A stretch of 61,869 nt of DNA, the filler included, from Dugesia japonica (taxonomy: Eukaryota): the NCBI GenBank assembly GCA_001938525.1. It is 6 parts of 6 records of this genome, joined end to end, with 100 filler letters (N's around TTAATTAATTAA, not from the genome) between each part and the next. Parts side by side here need not be neighbours in the genome. Positions count along the whole stretch, not along the records: positions 11,981 to 20,382 come from MQRL01641616.1; positions 20,483 to 31,945 come from MQRL01646171.1; 4 more parts are not named here. One strand, given 5' to 3'. How positions within the stretch are numbered: the first letter of the stretch is position 1; every line of letters begins with the position of its first letter. Both the position numbers and the translations under genes were made by a program. Of this stretch, positions 12,870 through 27,099 are shown one piece after another. Below the pieces are notes generated by a model. It was not told the DNA's origin and searched no databases. It saw only the letters and a list, made by a program, of their open reading frames with translations.

Positions 12870-13859
12870 TAAATCCCAACCAAGGTCCCTCAATTTTATC
12901 TGAGTCATCAAAAACATGTAATCTTGCCTTGTCATGGCTGAACACAACGTCCTTCTTATTGATCAATTCTGGCCGCTTTATTTCGATTGCCTGCTGTAAT
13001 CTTGTTAATTGTTGACAGTAAAGAACAGAGTCAACAGTTTGACCTGATTAAAGTGTTTCTTGGTAGATAATTCCTTTGTAATCCCACCAGATGTAGAGCA
13101 TGACCTTTCTTGGTGTCAATTTCGGCTTTGCCACGGTTTGTGGGGTCTCACCACGTTTTGTGCAAGATCGTTTTCTCACATTGTTCTCGTATTTGATTCA
13201 CTTTTTATCACACGTAATAAGGCGTTTCAAAAATGGATCGATAAATTTTTTTTCAGCAATGTTTGACATATTGAAATTCGGTCTATTAAAGTTTTCCGTG
13301 TTAAATCATGCGGAATCTAAACATCCAGTATCTTTTTTTTCTAAATGGTTAAAAACGGTTTGGTGATGAATACCGAGGTTTTCTGATATTTCACGGCTGC
13401 CTATATGTCTGTATTCCCCCACCTTCTGAATAATTTGATCGACCTTTTGACATGTTGGCGGGCCAGAACGAGGTGCGTCTTTGACGTCAAAATTTCCAGA
13501 GCGAAATCGATCGAACCATTCACGGACAGTTCTATCAGACACAGCATCTGCACCATAAACCGCAACAATTTTTTCGAAGCTTGGTTGTATTTTTGTCTTT
13601 CGTGAAAAAGAATTTCAAATTTATTCTTTATTTATGTTCATTTCTAAATATAAATAAATTTTTATTTATTAATAAAATGCCTAACTTCTTTNNNNNNNNN
13701 NNNNNNNNNNNNNNNNNNNNNNNNNNNNNNNNNNNNNNNNNTGTGATTATTAAATATATATAATTGAAATATTTAAACAAATAAAATATCAATAAAAATA
13801 TCTGTAGACGTTTTCGCCGCCTATTCACAAAATCGGCTGAAACCTTTTAGACAACATAA
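12870..13859 (-). mobile_element. Decayed mariner
   Basis: TIR (rc) ttatgttgtctaaaaggtttcagccga + TA; ORF fragments VREWFDRFRSGNFDVKDAPRSGPP and RPELINKKDVVFSHDKAR. Confidence 0.9.
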
Positions 13860-13919
13860 TATATACAATTGCATTATATACTATTGCAGATTTTCTATTA
13901 AAAAATATGATGAAGGAAA

Positions 13920-14130
13920 TTTATAGCAGATTCAATGAGCTGTTATTTGCGCAATGCAATCGTTCCTCGCTTTTCTTTAACATTGTTTCTTCAAGTCTAT
14001 TAAAGCCTTTCATGCTCATCAAATTCTTTTCGAATGGCATGAACTGGTTTGGTCCGACTCCAATCTTTTGTTTGTTGTCGGCTTTTAAAATTGTATCTTT
14101 TCTCTTCTAGTCTAGGTTTACTAATTTTCG
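13920..14130 (-). mobile_element. Ty3/Gypsy protease-region fragment
   Basis: Minus strand MSMKGFNRLEETMLKKSEERLHCANNSSL matches MSDERLHCANNST of the gypsy copies at ~28650 and ~49890. Confidence 0.7.
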
Positions 14131-14889
14131 AATAACATTCTTCTGGTATGAGGAACCTCAGCACACATTCAGTAGGGGATATTTGCGCACTGCCTCAAGG
14201 GGTGCAAACACCCACCCAGACGTAATCGGATTATTACATAAGTTATCCAATCAAAGTTCTTATATGGTAGCTTCTGACTTAGTGCCCATCCGTATAAATA
14301 TATAAACCAGACTTTCTAAACAATTAACCATAATAAATTTAATTTATTTAATAGCTATTCCATCCAAGTTCATTAAACACTATAAAATTAAATACAATCA
14401 ATAAACCAATTGTTGAAAATTATATGTAAAGTATGCCCCTGAGCAATAGGATTTTTTTCATTTTAGTCATAAATACATAGAAATGAAGTAAAAATTTCTA
14501 AAAATTACTAAAAGGATTTTTTTTAATTTTTAAGAGGAAAAAAGGAATGGAGAAAGCGGAGGTTCAAAAAGAGGGTAGGTGAGTTTTTTGCAGAGGTACA
14601 CGCAGAAATGCAGACAGTTGGTGAAGATGAAAGATAAATGATTATATTATTTTAGAAGTGTTTGAAAATAGTACAGAGTTTCTATGTAGTGTTCGAATAT
14701 CTTTTAGATTTTCAGAGAAGTGTCGGAATATTATAAAGAATTTTTGAGATATATTAAAAGTTTATACAGAATTTCAGAGAAGTGTTGGAAAATTATTCAA
14801 AATTTCCGAGTAGTTTGTGGAAATTAATAAAGATTTCACAAAAGTCATAAATTGTTATACGATGATAAAATATTTCATACTCTATTTAA

Positions 14890-15340
14890 CTATTAATAAA
14901 AGTTGTTACACATATTCGTTTGATGGGTACAAATCATCAATTCTTTGCAATAGTGTACTTAAAACTTGAATGTTATTTAGTCATATTTCAAAAGGAAATA
15001 TGTCTCCTATAGATTTGAAATAATTTTAATTAAAATTATTAATTAATTATATTAACATTTTAAATATATTTTGTTTCAATTCATAGTTTGCAAAAAAATG
15101 TAATCTTTTCAAATTTCAAAATTTATTATTCGTGTATATAAATCAAATCTTTCAGAAATTGTTCAATATTACAAAGAAAACATGTCGACAATTGTATACA
15201 TTCTATCTAGACCAGTACAAATAATTTAACTCGATACATCCATTAACCAAATACAGCCAATAAACCTATTACATTCAATGAACCCGATGCATTCATTAAA
15301 CCTATACATTCAATTCATTTACGTATTTGACTTACATATT
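14890..15340 (+). repeat. Dispersed ~450-bp non-coding repeat (copy 1)
   Basis: Collinear with 45643-46090 (aaaagttgttacaca...gggtacaa.tcatcaattc...acgtatttgacttaca); partial inverted copy at 61795-61869. Confidence 0.85.
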
Positions 15341-15579
15341 ATATTCAGTGCTGTTATTAATCTTAATATACTCGTTCAAGTTAAGCAATTCAATCACCTT
15401 ATTCATTGAATATGCTTAATTTGTCCCATTAGACATAAATCAATAAGCAAAAGTTACTACTTTCATTAAAATAAATACTAAGCTGATTCTAATGTTTACT
15501 GATGGTTAACATGATTCTATAGTCATAATTCATTTCATCATACAACTAATGATACAGGTAATCAAATAACATAGTTATA

Positions 15580-17060
15580 TAAAACTTTCTTCAAGGTAAA
15601 TACAGTAAATTAATCAATAAATCAATGAACACAGCAAAGTCTTTATGCGTCTGTATATGCAAAGCTAATGAATAGAGTAAACAGATAAGTACAGTAATCT
15701 AATTTGATAGAGTGAAACCAATGGCATACAGTAAAACCGATAAATAGAGTAAGCATAGTACAGTAAGCCAATGTGATAAAGTAAACTCCAAGTAATACAG
15801 TAAACTAATGTGTAACAGTGAAGCCAATGGTCCTAGTATAGCTCATGTGTAATAAAACCAGTATAATATAGTAAAGTCAATAAATATCCCACATAGTACC
15901 TGATCAAATCCAATTGTTCAAGTAAATTATTTGAGTTATTACTAATTTATTAATTGAACATATATCAAGTCTAATCATCTATACAATGATTTCATTAAAC
16001 CATGAATATATTGTAGTCGCCAACAAGCAAATTATTACCACTTTTGTACAAATTATTACCACGTATGTATGAATTAAGACCATTGATATGTAATTTACTT
16101 ATATCTATGCATATATTGTAGTCAACTATGAGCAAATTAACACCACCTATGTGTAAAATATAGCAAACTATGTACAAATTATTGAACATTGAGTAAATTA
16201 TAACCAATATGAATAAATTGTAGTCACAAATAAGCAAATTGTAACCAACTATTGTANATTGAAACATTAGTTTGAACTTTTTCAAGTCTAAATTTTATTT
16301 GAATAACTTTGTTTTATAAAATTTCTATAGATACTCACAAAATATATACTAAGTTCATAAGCAATTCCATTAAAATGTATAGACCCATAATTAAAATATA
16401 GCTTAATTTTATTAATATTTATTAAATTTCCATAATTCTCAGTAAAGTTAAAAAAATTTAATTAATTTCACTAAATTTCATCGAATATAATAGTTTTAAT
16501 AGACTTATAGTATTCATTAGATGTACTCTATTGTATTTGTTTCGTAGAGTTCATCAGCTGTATATAAACAGTAGACCAACGGTTATAGTAAAATCGTTGA
16601 AAGAAATGTAATAATATAGTCCAATTTTATTAAGATTTATTAAATTTCCATTTATTCCCTTAATTTATAAATTTTACAGAGTTTAAAAGGGGATATAGAA
16701 AACGAGTAAATAGAGTAAACAAGTGGATAAAATAAGTAAACGTGTACAGAAAACCGATGAGTTTAATTAAATCAATAGGCAAAGTAAGCCAGTGTGTCAC
16801 AGTAGACCAATGTGTTTCAATAAAGTCAATGTGACACAGTAAAGCAAATGTGTTACAGTAAATAAGTGTAATGTATTTTACTGTATTTTATTAAACCTAA
16901 ATAAGCCTATGTGTTTCAAGAAAACCAATGTGACAGTAAGCTCGCGTGTTTCAATAAAACTAATGTGACACAGTAAAACCCATGATATAAAGAGAGCAGA
17001 TTAGTACAGTAAGCCAATGTGTTTCTGTAAACCAATGAATAGATTAAGCAAATGAACATC
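15580..17060. repeat. Degenerate ~20-bp minisatellite tracts (cagtaaagccaatgtg-like; caaattattaccac-like)
   Basis: Periodic CAGTAAA/CCAATGTG at 15580-15890 and 16690-17060; CAAATT..ACCA units at 15990-16260. Confidence 0.65.
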
Positions 17061-17574
17061 TCACATTACATCTCATGCAATACTTTATCACAGTGTTTGA
17101 TTGAATCAGCAAATTATTTAATTTATTACAGTTATTTAATTTAATTTAAGATTATTAATGTAATTTAACCTAATTATGTTTAGATTAATTTGTACTATTA
17201 AGAATAATTGTGTGTAATTAATAAGTCTTGTAATTTAAATTTGTAGAATTTTATTGTTGTCAATAAATTTATTTTGTGAATTTTATAAATTTTTGAAAAT
17301 CAAAATTTTACATGTGTTCGATACAATAGCGATATTCTAATAGTTTTAATTTTTTATCAATGCAATTTTATTATTACTTTTATTTTTTTCAGTTTTTTAT
17401 ATGGAAATAGTTTGAAAATGTTTTTTACGTTTATTTTTTAAAAGTAAATCAAAATTTTTATTAAAAAATTATTAAAATTCGATATTTACTGAGAAAATCA
17501 TGAATTGAAAATAAAATGTAAAATTTTGAAATTTAATGAAAATGAATTAAAATTAACACATGAAATAAAATTAT

Positions 17575-18290
17575 TAGAATAAAGCATTTTTATACAGCAA
17601 ACCCTATATAAAAAATGTTCAGTCTTTTATTCTGAGTTTAAAAATACCAAATTTGTTTGACTATCCTATGTATTTTCGAGAAAAGATAATTTTCTATCTA
17701 AGGTGGGACATAGTAACCGATAATTTTCTATCTTTGGAACAAAGCATATTTCTACAGAAAACCCTATATATAATATGTTCAAAGTTTTATTTTGAATTGA
17801 ATGCTATTATTTTTAGATCCATAGGATAAGTATCGGTCGAGAAATTCATGGATCAAGGTCAACTGTTCCAGTGCTGACATACCTTTTATCTGGGAAACTA
17901 AAAATATTCATATAGCAAATCCTATAAGAAATATGTTCCTATTTTAATTTTGAGTTTAAAAATACCAATTTTGTTATTTTATTATAAGTATTTCTTAAAA
18001 ATGAATTTCCTCTCCTCGGTGCGACGTGGTTCCTGGGAATTTTCTATCTTTTGAACTAAATGTATTCTTGCTCCAAACCCTATACAAAATTTGTTTGAAA
18101 TTTTATTCTGAATTGAATGTTGTCATTTTCAATACAATATAATAAGTATTGACTGAGTAATTTATAAAACAAGGTCAATTGTGTTAGTGCTGACATACCA
18201 TTTCTGAGAGAACCAAGCATATTCATATAGCGAATACTATACAAAAATGTTCAATTTTAAATTCATAGTTCAACAATACCAAATTTAAAT
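17575..18290. repeat. ~160-bp satellite-like monomers in alternating A/B (~320-bp) arrangement
   Basis: Five monomer starts near 17580, 17740, 17900, 18058 and 18216; A units carry AATACCAA, B units carry GAATTGAATG...CAAGGTCAA...GTGCTGACATACC. Confidence 0.75.
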
Positions 18291-19279
18291 TGTACGATAA
18301 AAATTGACCAAAACATTTTGTATTGAAAATTCGAATTTTCGACATTCCCGAGCAAACATTCGACTGTTCCAACTTGAATTCGAAATTTGTTTTCACATAT
18401 TCGTAACGACCAATCAAAATGGTTCCATACTAAAACAGTCAAAACAATGAAATTAGTAAAACATTCGGTGGCGGGGGAGCGGGGTAACTGTACCAGTACT
18501 GACAAATCTGCCTACTATCTTTGTATGATATTTTATTTTTGTTTTTATAACCTAGTGAATTTTTATCGGCGTTCACGGATCTTTTGTGCTCCATAACCTT
18601 GTCTCAAGTACTCCACCAAATAATTACAATTAGAATTATTTTATCTATATAATTATTATTTGATTTGAATAAATGAAAAATTTGATATTTTGAAATCAAT
18701 ATTAATTATTTCTGATTCTCCGGGAAAGTTTCATGTAATTAAATGTGCCCCATCCTTAAAAGGTTAAGAACCACTTTTATAATCACTGCGAATTTAGAAA
18801 ATTTCAAAAATATAACTTCATAGTTTATTTTCCAAAAATATTTTCAATAAAAAAATTGCCAAAAAAAAATTTTTTTTATTTGAAAACAGCAAATCATTTT
18901 AAATGTAAAACTCACTGTTCATTCAAAACATATTGTCTAGTCAAATTTAATTGATCGAGTTCTGAAAGAATAAAGACTGATTCATTTACGAATATTAATT
19001 GAAACTAAGAATATATAGATTTAGATCAAAACTAATGGAAATCTAAAGTTAAGTAAATAACGTAACTGTCTAGCCTGTAATTTATCATATTTATTTATTT
19101 AAACGATTTCAAAAAAATTTTAGAATTATGATTTTTTGATATAATTTCCAATATTATAAAATAATAAATTATCGAAATAAAAATCTATTCTTAAAATAAA
19201 ATAAATTCATTTATTTAAATAAATTAATTATAATTTATATATTGTTATCCAGTTTTCAATCGACTAAGATAACTATATA

Positions 19280-20380
19280 CGAGGACAGTTCAATAAGGAT
19301 AGCATTAGTTTCACGAAACCTTTTAATTAATAAATAAAGACACTGAAAAGTGAAAATCTGGAATTTCAAATAAATTTTTAAATTTCTTTTAATTTAAGAC
19401 GCAGTTCAAACTTATCAATACCAAAATCCTTAGCCAACACTCGATAAAAATGAATTTCGAGTGATCATAACACATTGTTTCTTACACATTGATTCTTTTC
19501 TATCAATAGGAATGATACGTTGTGGCGGCATAACCACAGATGATTCTACTAGTTGTAGACATCCAAAGATATAACAACAACTGATATGATCCAAAAGATC
19601 CATAACATGATCCTGTATGACCACCGAATAAAATGCGCCAGATAGTCAAGGATATGAATTTTTCAATGGAATCAGTATTTGCAATTCTTTTTATAAATTT
19701 AGGACTAAAAGAATTATCGGCACGCTAACTAACAATTGACCAAAAACGTGAGCATATGCATAGTTTAGAGCAATGTTTGGCTCTGTTCAAATGCAATTTT
19801 TCGTCGTTTTATTAGTGTTAATGAAACTTAGAGCCACTTCTGCGCGCCTGAAATTAAAAATCAATAAGAGCTGGATGAAATCAGACGATCCAGCTTCAAT
19901 AATGGTTAATATTAACGCATCTGCTAGAGAAGTTATTGCTACTTTATTTTGTTACCATGATATAAAGAAAACGAATTATTGTAGATTATTATATTATATT
20001 ATTGATTCGCTTATATGAAGAAAATAATGTATTGACGGCCGCATATATTAAAGAAAAATGTGATGCTTCATCATAACAACGCACTGTCTCACATATCGCC
20101 TATTGCAATGGCAAAACCTCATGAAATACAGTTTCAACTGCAATCAAATTCATCATATTCATCAGATATAGCTCCATTTGATTTCTTATAGTTTTAGAAT
20201 TTAAAAAATGGCTTACAGGTAAAAAATTCAAATCAAATGCTGAAGTAATCCATGCCTATTTAAATGGTTAGGATAAATCATACTACAAAGAAGGAATCAA
20301 AAATTGAGAAAAGTTAGAGTAAATGTATGGAGCTCGGTGGAGATTATGTTGAAAAATAAACTTTGCTTTGAGTAAATATA
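19280..20380 (+). mobile_element. Decayed mariner (irritans-like)
   Basis: TA + cgaggacagttcaataag TIR; fragments SAREVIATLF, VMLHHNNA, SYSSDIAPFDF, GDYVEK*. Confidence 0.85.
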
Positions 20381-20382
20381 CT

Positions 20383-20482
20383 NNNNNNNNNNNNNNNNNN
20401 NNNNNNNNNNNNNNNNNNNNNNNNNNTTAATTAATTAANNNNNNNNNNNNNNNNNNNNNNNNNNNNNNNNNNNNNNNNNNNN
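20383..20482. other. Artificial assembly linker
   Basis: 44N-TTAATTAATTAA-44N. Confidence 0.95.
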
Positions 20483-20869
20483 TTAATATTATAAGTTGAG
20501 AAGAATTGTTATACTAATAAATTGTTTATGTTATTCTATTGTTTATTTGTTATCAATTTGTAAAAATGTAAATGTTAATTTTGTTTTGTTCAAACTAAAT
20601 TTAATAATATTTTCTTTAATTTTATAATTTCTTTAATCAATTTTTCATGTAATGTTTTCATTTTCCCAAACACGAAATTTCGGAGTTAATCAAAGAGAAT
20701 TACATTTTCAGATTGTCTCATTCTCTCACAATGTGACAAATTGTGATTGGAAGTGTTGAATTGTGATATTGTAACCATCGATATTATGATTGTTGACTTT
20801 TAATATTAGTCATTGTTTTTCATTATGAAACAACTCCTAAACCAGAAGAAAATAATTATAATTTATTGG

Positions 20870-21800
20870 TTTAAAAAATGCATTATTTGACATGTAGAAA
20901 TGTACAATTATTTTTTACAACAAGCAGAAATAAACATTATTTTTGTATCGGGTGTATGAATTGTTTTGTTGATTTCCAAAACATGAAAATCACTCTTTTC
21001 AAAATAATTATTACAAAAAAATGCCTTTTGTAGTTTATGGTGATTTTGAAAGTTGGACAGACAGAAATACTAAAAGACAAAAGCATTTATCTCTTGGAAT
21101 TTATGTAGTTAGTATATATCATATTTTAAATGAATACAAAGAATTTCATGGTTAAAATATTCATGAACAATTAGTTTGAATTTTTAAATCACCTAAATAA
21201 TAAATTAAATGATTTTAAAGAAAATAAATTAATTAAAGAGTTTAATGCGGTAGAGTTAACTTACCCTGATTTTTCAGAAAAAACTAAATGTAGATATTGG
21301 TGATAAAATATAAACTCAACTGAAAGGAACCCTATGTTAGATCATGATCATTTCGATGATGATTATAGAGGATTTGCTCATAAATAATGATATCTACAAG
21401 ATAAATCTGTAAAAAGATTATTTATTTTATTTTATTTTCACATTGCTTCAGGTTATGATAAATATTTAATTATCAAAGAATTATTAGCAAAATATCCACA
21501 TAAAGTAAAACGAATAATTCGTCATAGCGATAAAGTTTATATTTCATTTCAAAATGAAAATATTAGATTTCTTTATTCATAAAGATTATGTCCAGCTACA
21601 TCAATTTATACAATTTATAAATTATTAACTCAATCATCAAACTATAATTATTTGAGATTTAGAACCAAAGAAGATATCATTTCCTTATGAATATGTAAAA
21701 GGAGAAAATATACAACAAATAATTCAATTATTAAAATCAGATAATATTCCAACTCTACAAGATTTTTTCAATACTCTTCAAAATCAAAAAATAACCAAAC
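20870..21800 (+). mobile_element. Polinton/Maverick/adintovirus-type protein-primed DNA polymerase B relic (exonuclease part with EndoVII-like insert)
   Basis: FCIGCMNCF, MPFVVYGDFES, LDHDHFDDDYRGFAH, FHIASGYDKYLIIKELL, IRFLYS, ISFPYEY in the order known for Polinton pPolB. Confidence 0.85.
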
Positions 21801-21869
21801 AATAGTGTTAGATGAGTTTTGAGAACTCATCGGATTGTCAACATCAAAAGTCAACTACATAAAATTTAT

Positions 21870-22160
21870 TAAAATGAAAATGGATCTAATTATTTGTGAA
21901 TAAATTATTCCGGCATAAACGTTTAATTTGTGCTGATTTTGATTATATCGTACTCCTGTATCTACAATTTTGTAAATTCAAAGCGCCATTCAAGGTAAAT
22001 GTCGCTTCATCTGAAAACAGGACATTATTCTTGAAATAGTTGATATATTTGGGATAGGTCTACCAATGAACGTTTCTACGAATTCAACTTGAATTTCTGT
22101 AAGAGTTTTCCCATTACTTTGCTATTTAACTATCTCTATTTTTTCAATAACTGTATACAT
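21870..22160 (-). mobile_element. Internally deleted rosa-like Tc1/mariner fragment
   Basis: MYTVIEKIEIV...RPIPNISTISR, VLFSDEATFTLNGALNLQNCRY, KLNVYAGII. Confidence 0.75.
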
Positions 22161-22373
22161 AATTTTGTATATTTACTAATTAATAATTACTATTACATGT
22201 TAAAAACATCGCCATATTTAAATATTGTTTAAATATTCAAAATGTTTAGTTGTGAGTTTATATTTGCAAACTGTTCAAAATAAAAAATTTAGACAAGGAA
22301 TACGAAAATGAAAGCAAAACGGAGCTCGTCAAATCAAAGGAAATTCCGGTAAATTATTATTATTATTAGTATT

Positions 22374-25300
22374 TGTGGTGAATTCAAAAGATTTTGAAGA
22401 ATATAATTTGAACCTATTTTATTTGAATAAATATTATTTTGGTAATTTATCATCAGGAACAGACCTTAGTATATTTTTATTAAATTTATCAAATGCTGTG
22501 AAGTTTGTGATAAAGGAGTGGAAAACTAACAAGCACCAATATTATGAGTCACGATTCAGGCGCTATAAAACGAGACGCCATATTGCTTCTTTTTTGACGA
22601 AACTGTAGTTTAAGAAAAGCATTAAAAATATTTTGTACGTGAATCAGTTGAGTGTGACGAATTCAACAAAACAGAATACATATGTGCAGGTTATAAAGAT
22701 AAACTAGCAAATTTAGATATCCTGTCAGCTAATTTGATATTGTCTGTTGACAAAGACGGAAAGATTCCTATAAGACTTTACACTGATTCCGAAAGAAAAA
22801 TTCATAAAGGCACAAAAATGGGTAGCTTAGAAATCTGGGTAGAAAAAAGTGAGTTCATCAGAAAATACAAAGTAGACGTGTCTTATTGATTGATCGAATT
22901 GAAAAAGATGACATTCATTATATACCTAAAAAAAGGTTAGGAGAATATTATTAATGCTAACATATTTAGTAAATGCGATACAGATATTGGTCATTGAAAA
23001 AAACTAAAGCATTGCATTATCACTAAAGAAGAAGCGCCGATCGCTGTTCAATCTAGACGAATACCGATATGACTTGATAATAAAGTTGATAATTTAGTTG
23101 CAGATTTATTGAAAAAAGAGAGATAATCCGGAAAAGTGAATGCCTGTGGAATGTACGTTTAGTATGTATCACTAAAGCCAATGTTGACAAGATTATGTGT
23201 TGATTACCGACAGTTACACTAAGTCACAATCATACCAATATATCCAATTTTAGAAAGTTATCAGCTTTGTTATGCAAAGATATTTAGACTTATCTAATGC
23301 ATTTATAATGTCGAGGTAAATGAGGCGGATAAACAGAAATTAGCATTCTCTACTAGGTGGAGCCGTATGAATTTAATAGAATGCCATTTCAGCAACATTT
23401 CAACAACTTACGCATCTGATATTTCAAAATAAAAAATAAGAACAAGGCTTTATTTATCTAGGTGATATTTTGATATTTGGAAACTCGTATGAACAATATT
23501 TTAGTCGATTGGAAGTAGTTTTAGCTAGAATCAAAGAATCGGAAGTTAAATTAAAATCTGATAAATGTAATTTTTGCTGGAATTCTATATCTGAAACATA
23601 GAATTACAGCAGAAGTTATAATCAGATCCAATAAAGATAGAAAAATTTGAAATTGGTCAAAACTAAGGTAGTACTAAATTCTACATTCATTTATAGCTTT
23701 CTGTAACTATTATAGAAAATTTTTAAAAGATTTTGCGTATGTTTTTCAACCTTTAGAAACTATAATGAAACAAGACAAACAAAAAATAAATGGGAAAAAT
23801 ATCAAAAAAAGTAATTTGAGATTCTGAGGGAAAATAAGCATTTAAAGCAGGTTCTTCGAACAACAGCCCCAGTTCTAGATTATCCTCTGAGAGAAGGTAT
23901 GTTCATATTAGACAGAGATACAAGTCATAGTCATATTGGAGGAATCTTAAGCCAAGTTCAAAATTGAAATGAAAAAGTTATCGCATATACGTCGAAGAAG
24001 CTGACAAATTCAGAAATGAAATATTATGTTAGTTTTAAAGAATTATTAGATGTCTATGTTTTTGTGAAACAATTTAGGCATGATTTATTGGGGAAGAAGT
24101 TTCAAAATAGGAACCGATCATAAAGCATTATTGTGACGAAAAAGTTTGAAAAATCCAAATACATCACAGTATTTTACTTGAATCACGGAATTAGATGAAT
24201 ATGATTTTGATATTGAACACCGATCTAGTAGATTACACATAAGCACAGAATATATGAACCAAACGGAATGTGAACAAGGTTAACTCAGACATGATTTTCC
24301 CAAAAAAACTAAGATTTATGAAATTGATCGAAAAATTAAATCTTGAGAAGTCAATTTTTCGAGTTTTAAAAAATTATTTCAAGTCTCAAAGAAAATGGAA
24401 ATAATGGAATATTATGAGCCATCTATGATTTAAAAAGACGAAGGAATTAATTCTGAATTATTATGATTGAAAGAATATGAGTGAAGATATAAAAACCTTT
24501 ATTGATAAGTGCATTGCATGTATAACTCGAAAAAATGGAATAATTTCAAACTACATTCTTGAGAAACGTTTTGTAGCTAATGAAGCATTTGAAAGGATAT
24601 GCATAGATATCACCGGACCATTACCAGAATGTAATCGATATAGATATATTTTAGGAATGATAGATGTCCTCTCAAGATATATCATGTTAATCTCTCTTAA
24701 GGCATCAGATCGAGACAAGAAATCAATAAATTATTTAAAATATTGATCGATATCTTTGTAATGTAAACATTTATTCACTCCGACAATGGAAATCATTTTA
24801 AAAACCACTTTTTGGAAAATATTTGTAAAGTTCTTAAAATAAATCAAACCTTTGCAAGTCCATACTATCATCAAGGAAATGGGTTGGTAAAAAGACATTT
24901 TAGAACTAAAAAAGATAGAATTTATGCAACCAGCTTGAAATTTCTCAAAATTGGATAGATGCCATTCCATTCGTTGAAATGGGTATGAGAATAACAAAAT
25001 ATGAAACAAATAATTATTTTCCTTTTGAAATCGCTTTTGCCAAACAATTTCAAGCTTATTCAAATAATGAACAATTCAACTCTAAAATTCTTGATCAATA
25101 TTGAGAAACTATTAGAGTAAATTTAGAAAGATCAAATCAAAATTTGAAATCAAAAGAGAATGTAATTATTAATAATAATCATGAAATAAAAATTAGCGAT
25201 ATGGTAATGTTCAAGGCAGAAAAGAAAGGAATGTTAAAGAAGCTATATAAAATACCATGTCAAGTTACGGAAATATTAGTATGCGATAATATAAGAATGA

Positions 25301-25577
25301 GTTACAAAGGGAAAACGCTAATTCGTAATGTTAATTAAATGAAAAGATAAGTTCAATAAGTTCACAACAATTAACAAGCGAGAAACAAGGAAGAAGAGAT
25401 CCTACAAGAGAAAGACGTAAAACCAACAAGATTCCGGCAATGCGAATGATAAAAAGAGGGATGTGATATAATATAAAAAGGAATTGTTAAAATTTTCAGA
25501 TTTTAAAGAAGACCTAAGATTATGTTTTGAACCTGTTTTATTTGAATAAATATTTTTTTAGTAATTTACCGTTACCA
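22374..25577 (+). mobile_element. Decayed Ty3/Gypsy element (family A): LTR remnant, PR-RT-RH-IN, PPT, 3' LTR
   Basis: SGTDLSIF, LDLSNAF, IYLGDILIFG, FILDRDTSH, FERICIDITGPL, IHSDNG; PPT aaaaagaggga then TG at 25462; 22374-22455 is homologous to the 25462-25577 segment (ttgaacct.ttttatttgaataaatatt). Confidence 0.9.
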
Positions 25578-27099
25578 TTTAAATACTAGGATAATTTGAC
25601 ATAGTAGAATTTACCTTAAAATCATTAATCCAATGCTTTAGCGATTTGTCAATAGTATAAATAAATATTAAATCATTCAATCTAGAAATAAACATGGTTA
25701 ATTATAAGGAGTAGTACTTGTGAATGCATAATTTTGGTAACATTGCCGTATGGTATATCCATTGTAATGAGGAACTCGGTGATATTATTCGAGCCTTATA
25801 TAATTTCAATGAAAACATTGGACATTTTAAAGAAATTTTAAAAACGATATTATGAAAACAAATAACTGCTTAAAAACAAGTTTCAGCTCTGCCAAACTTT
25901 CTTCAGACTAGCAGCTACAGTTTTTGACATAGATCACGGTTATATCAAATTATTTCTAATAAAAAGTTTCTTTTTCTACACAAAGCTTCTTATTATCAGC
26001 ATTTGTATTGAATTATTTTTTAATTAACATTATTGAATCAAAACTAACCGGCTTATCCAAGCTTAGAGAAAGATGTTTATTTCTCATTGAATATTGTATT
26101 GACTAGTGCAAATGTAATAAAATAAATATTTCAGAATTTAAGTTGAAAAGAATCAAGAAATGATTACAAATAAAAGTTCAAGAGTAATTTTATTAAATAA
26201 GAAACATTAAAGAATGTTATAAAAATAATTCTAGATGAATTAAAACAAAAGTACAATTGTTTTTAGTATTTTAACAAATTATATAATATTATAATATTAT
26301 AAATATTATGGTCATTGTCANNNAAATAAAACTATATATGTAAAGTATTATTAGATAGATTTTTGCAATTAAAGTAATAGTATTAGTATCATTGTTATTA
26401 TCATAAGGTATGAAAATTTTAGAAATCATCAATTAAATGTAAAAGTATAGTGACTTCTTATTATTATCATTGAGAATATTATTAATAAAGGGATGTATGA
26501 TAATCATAATTAATACGATATTATTAGAATATCAAAATTTATAATTATAATAATAACATAATTATATCTACAAGCTATCGGTAAAGAAATGAACTTAAAA
26601 AATAAATAATTTATTGAACTTTAAAATTAAAACTCGGAACAGTGAGTCAATTAAAATTTAAAATGAATAACAACACCTACCACGTCAATTGAAGAAAAAT
26701 TCACACAACCATAACAAACTCTAAAACATTAATAGCAAGTATAGTTGAGGCCTGATTCTCCGCAGCAACAATCTAAAATCCAAATGGCAATTTCAATAAA
26801 CGATTCACTGATTTTTTGGTTGGTGCTCGCAGTAAGCAACGAGGCCCACCTGAAGTCAAAATAATATTTAACAGAAAATGTTGAGCTAAAAAATATTCAT
26901 TTAAAATAAAAGCTTCGATCAAAAAAATCTTTCTACGGTTTTTTTTCAGAAATTGACTTTTTTAATTTATTGAAGATTTCAGTTTATAATAGTAATCATT
27001 TTTGAATTAATTTTTTTTATTAAATTATAATTGGTTAATTTTAATTCTTATTTTATATTTAATTTAATTATTATAAATTATATTTATTTTATGATTGTA

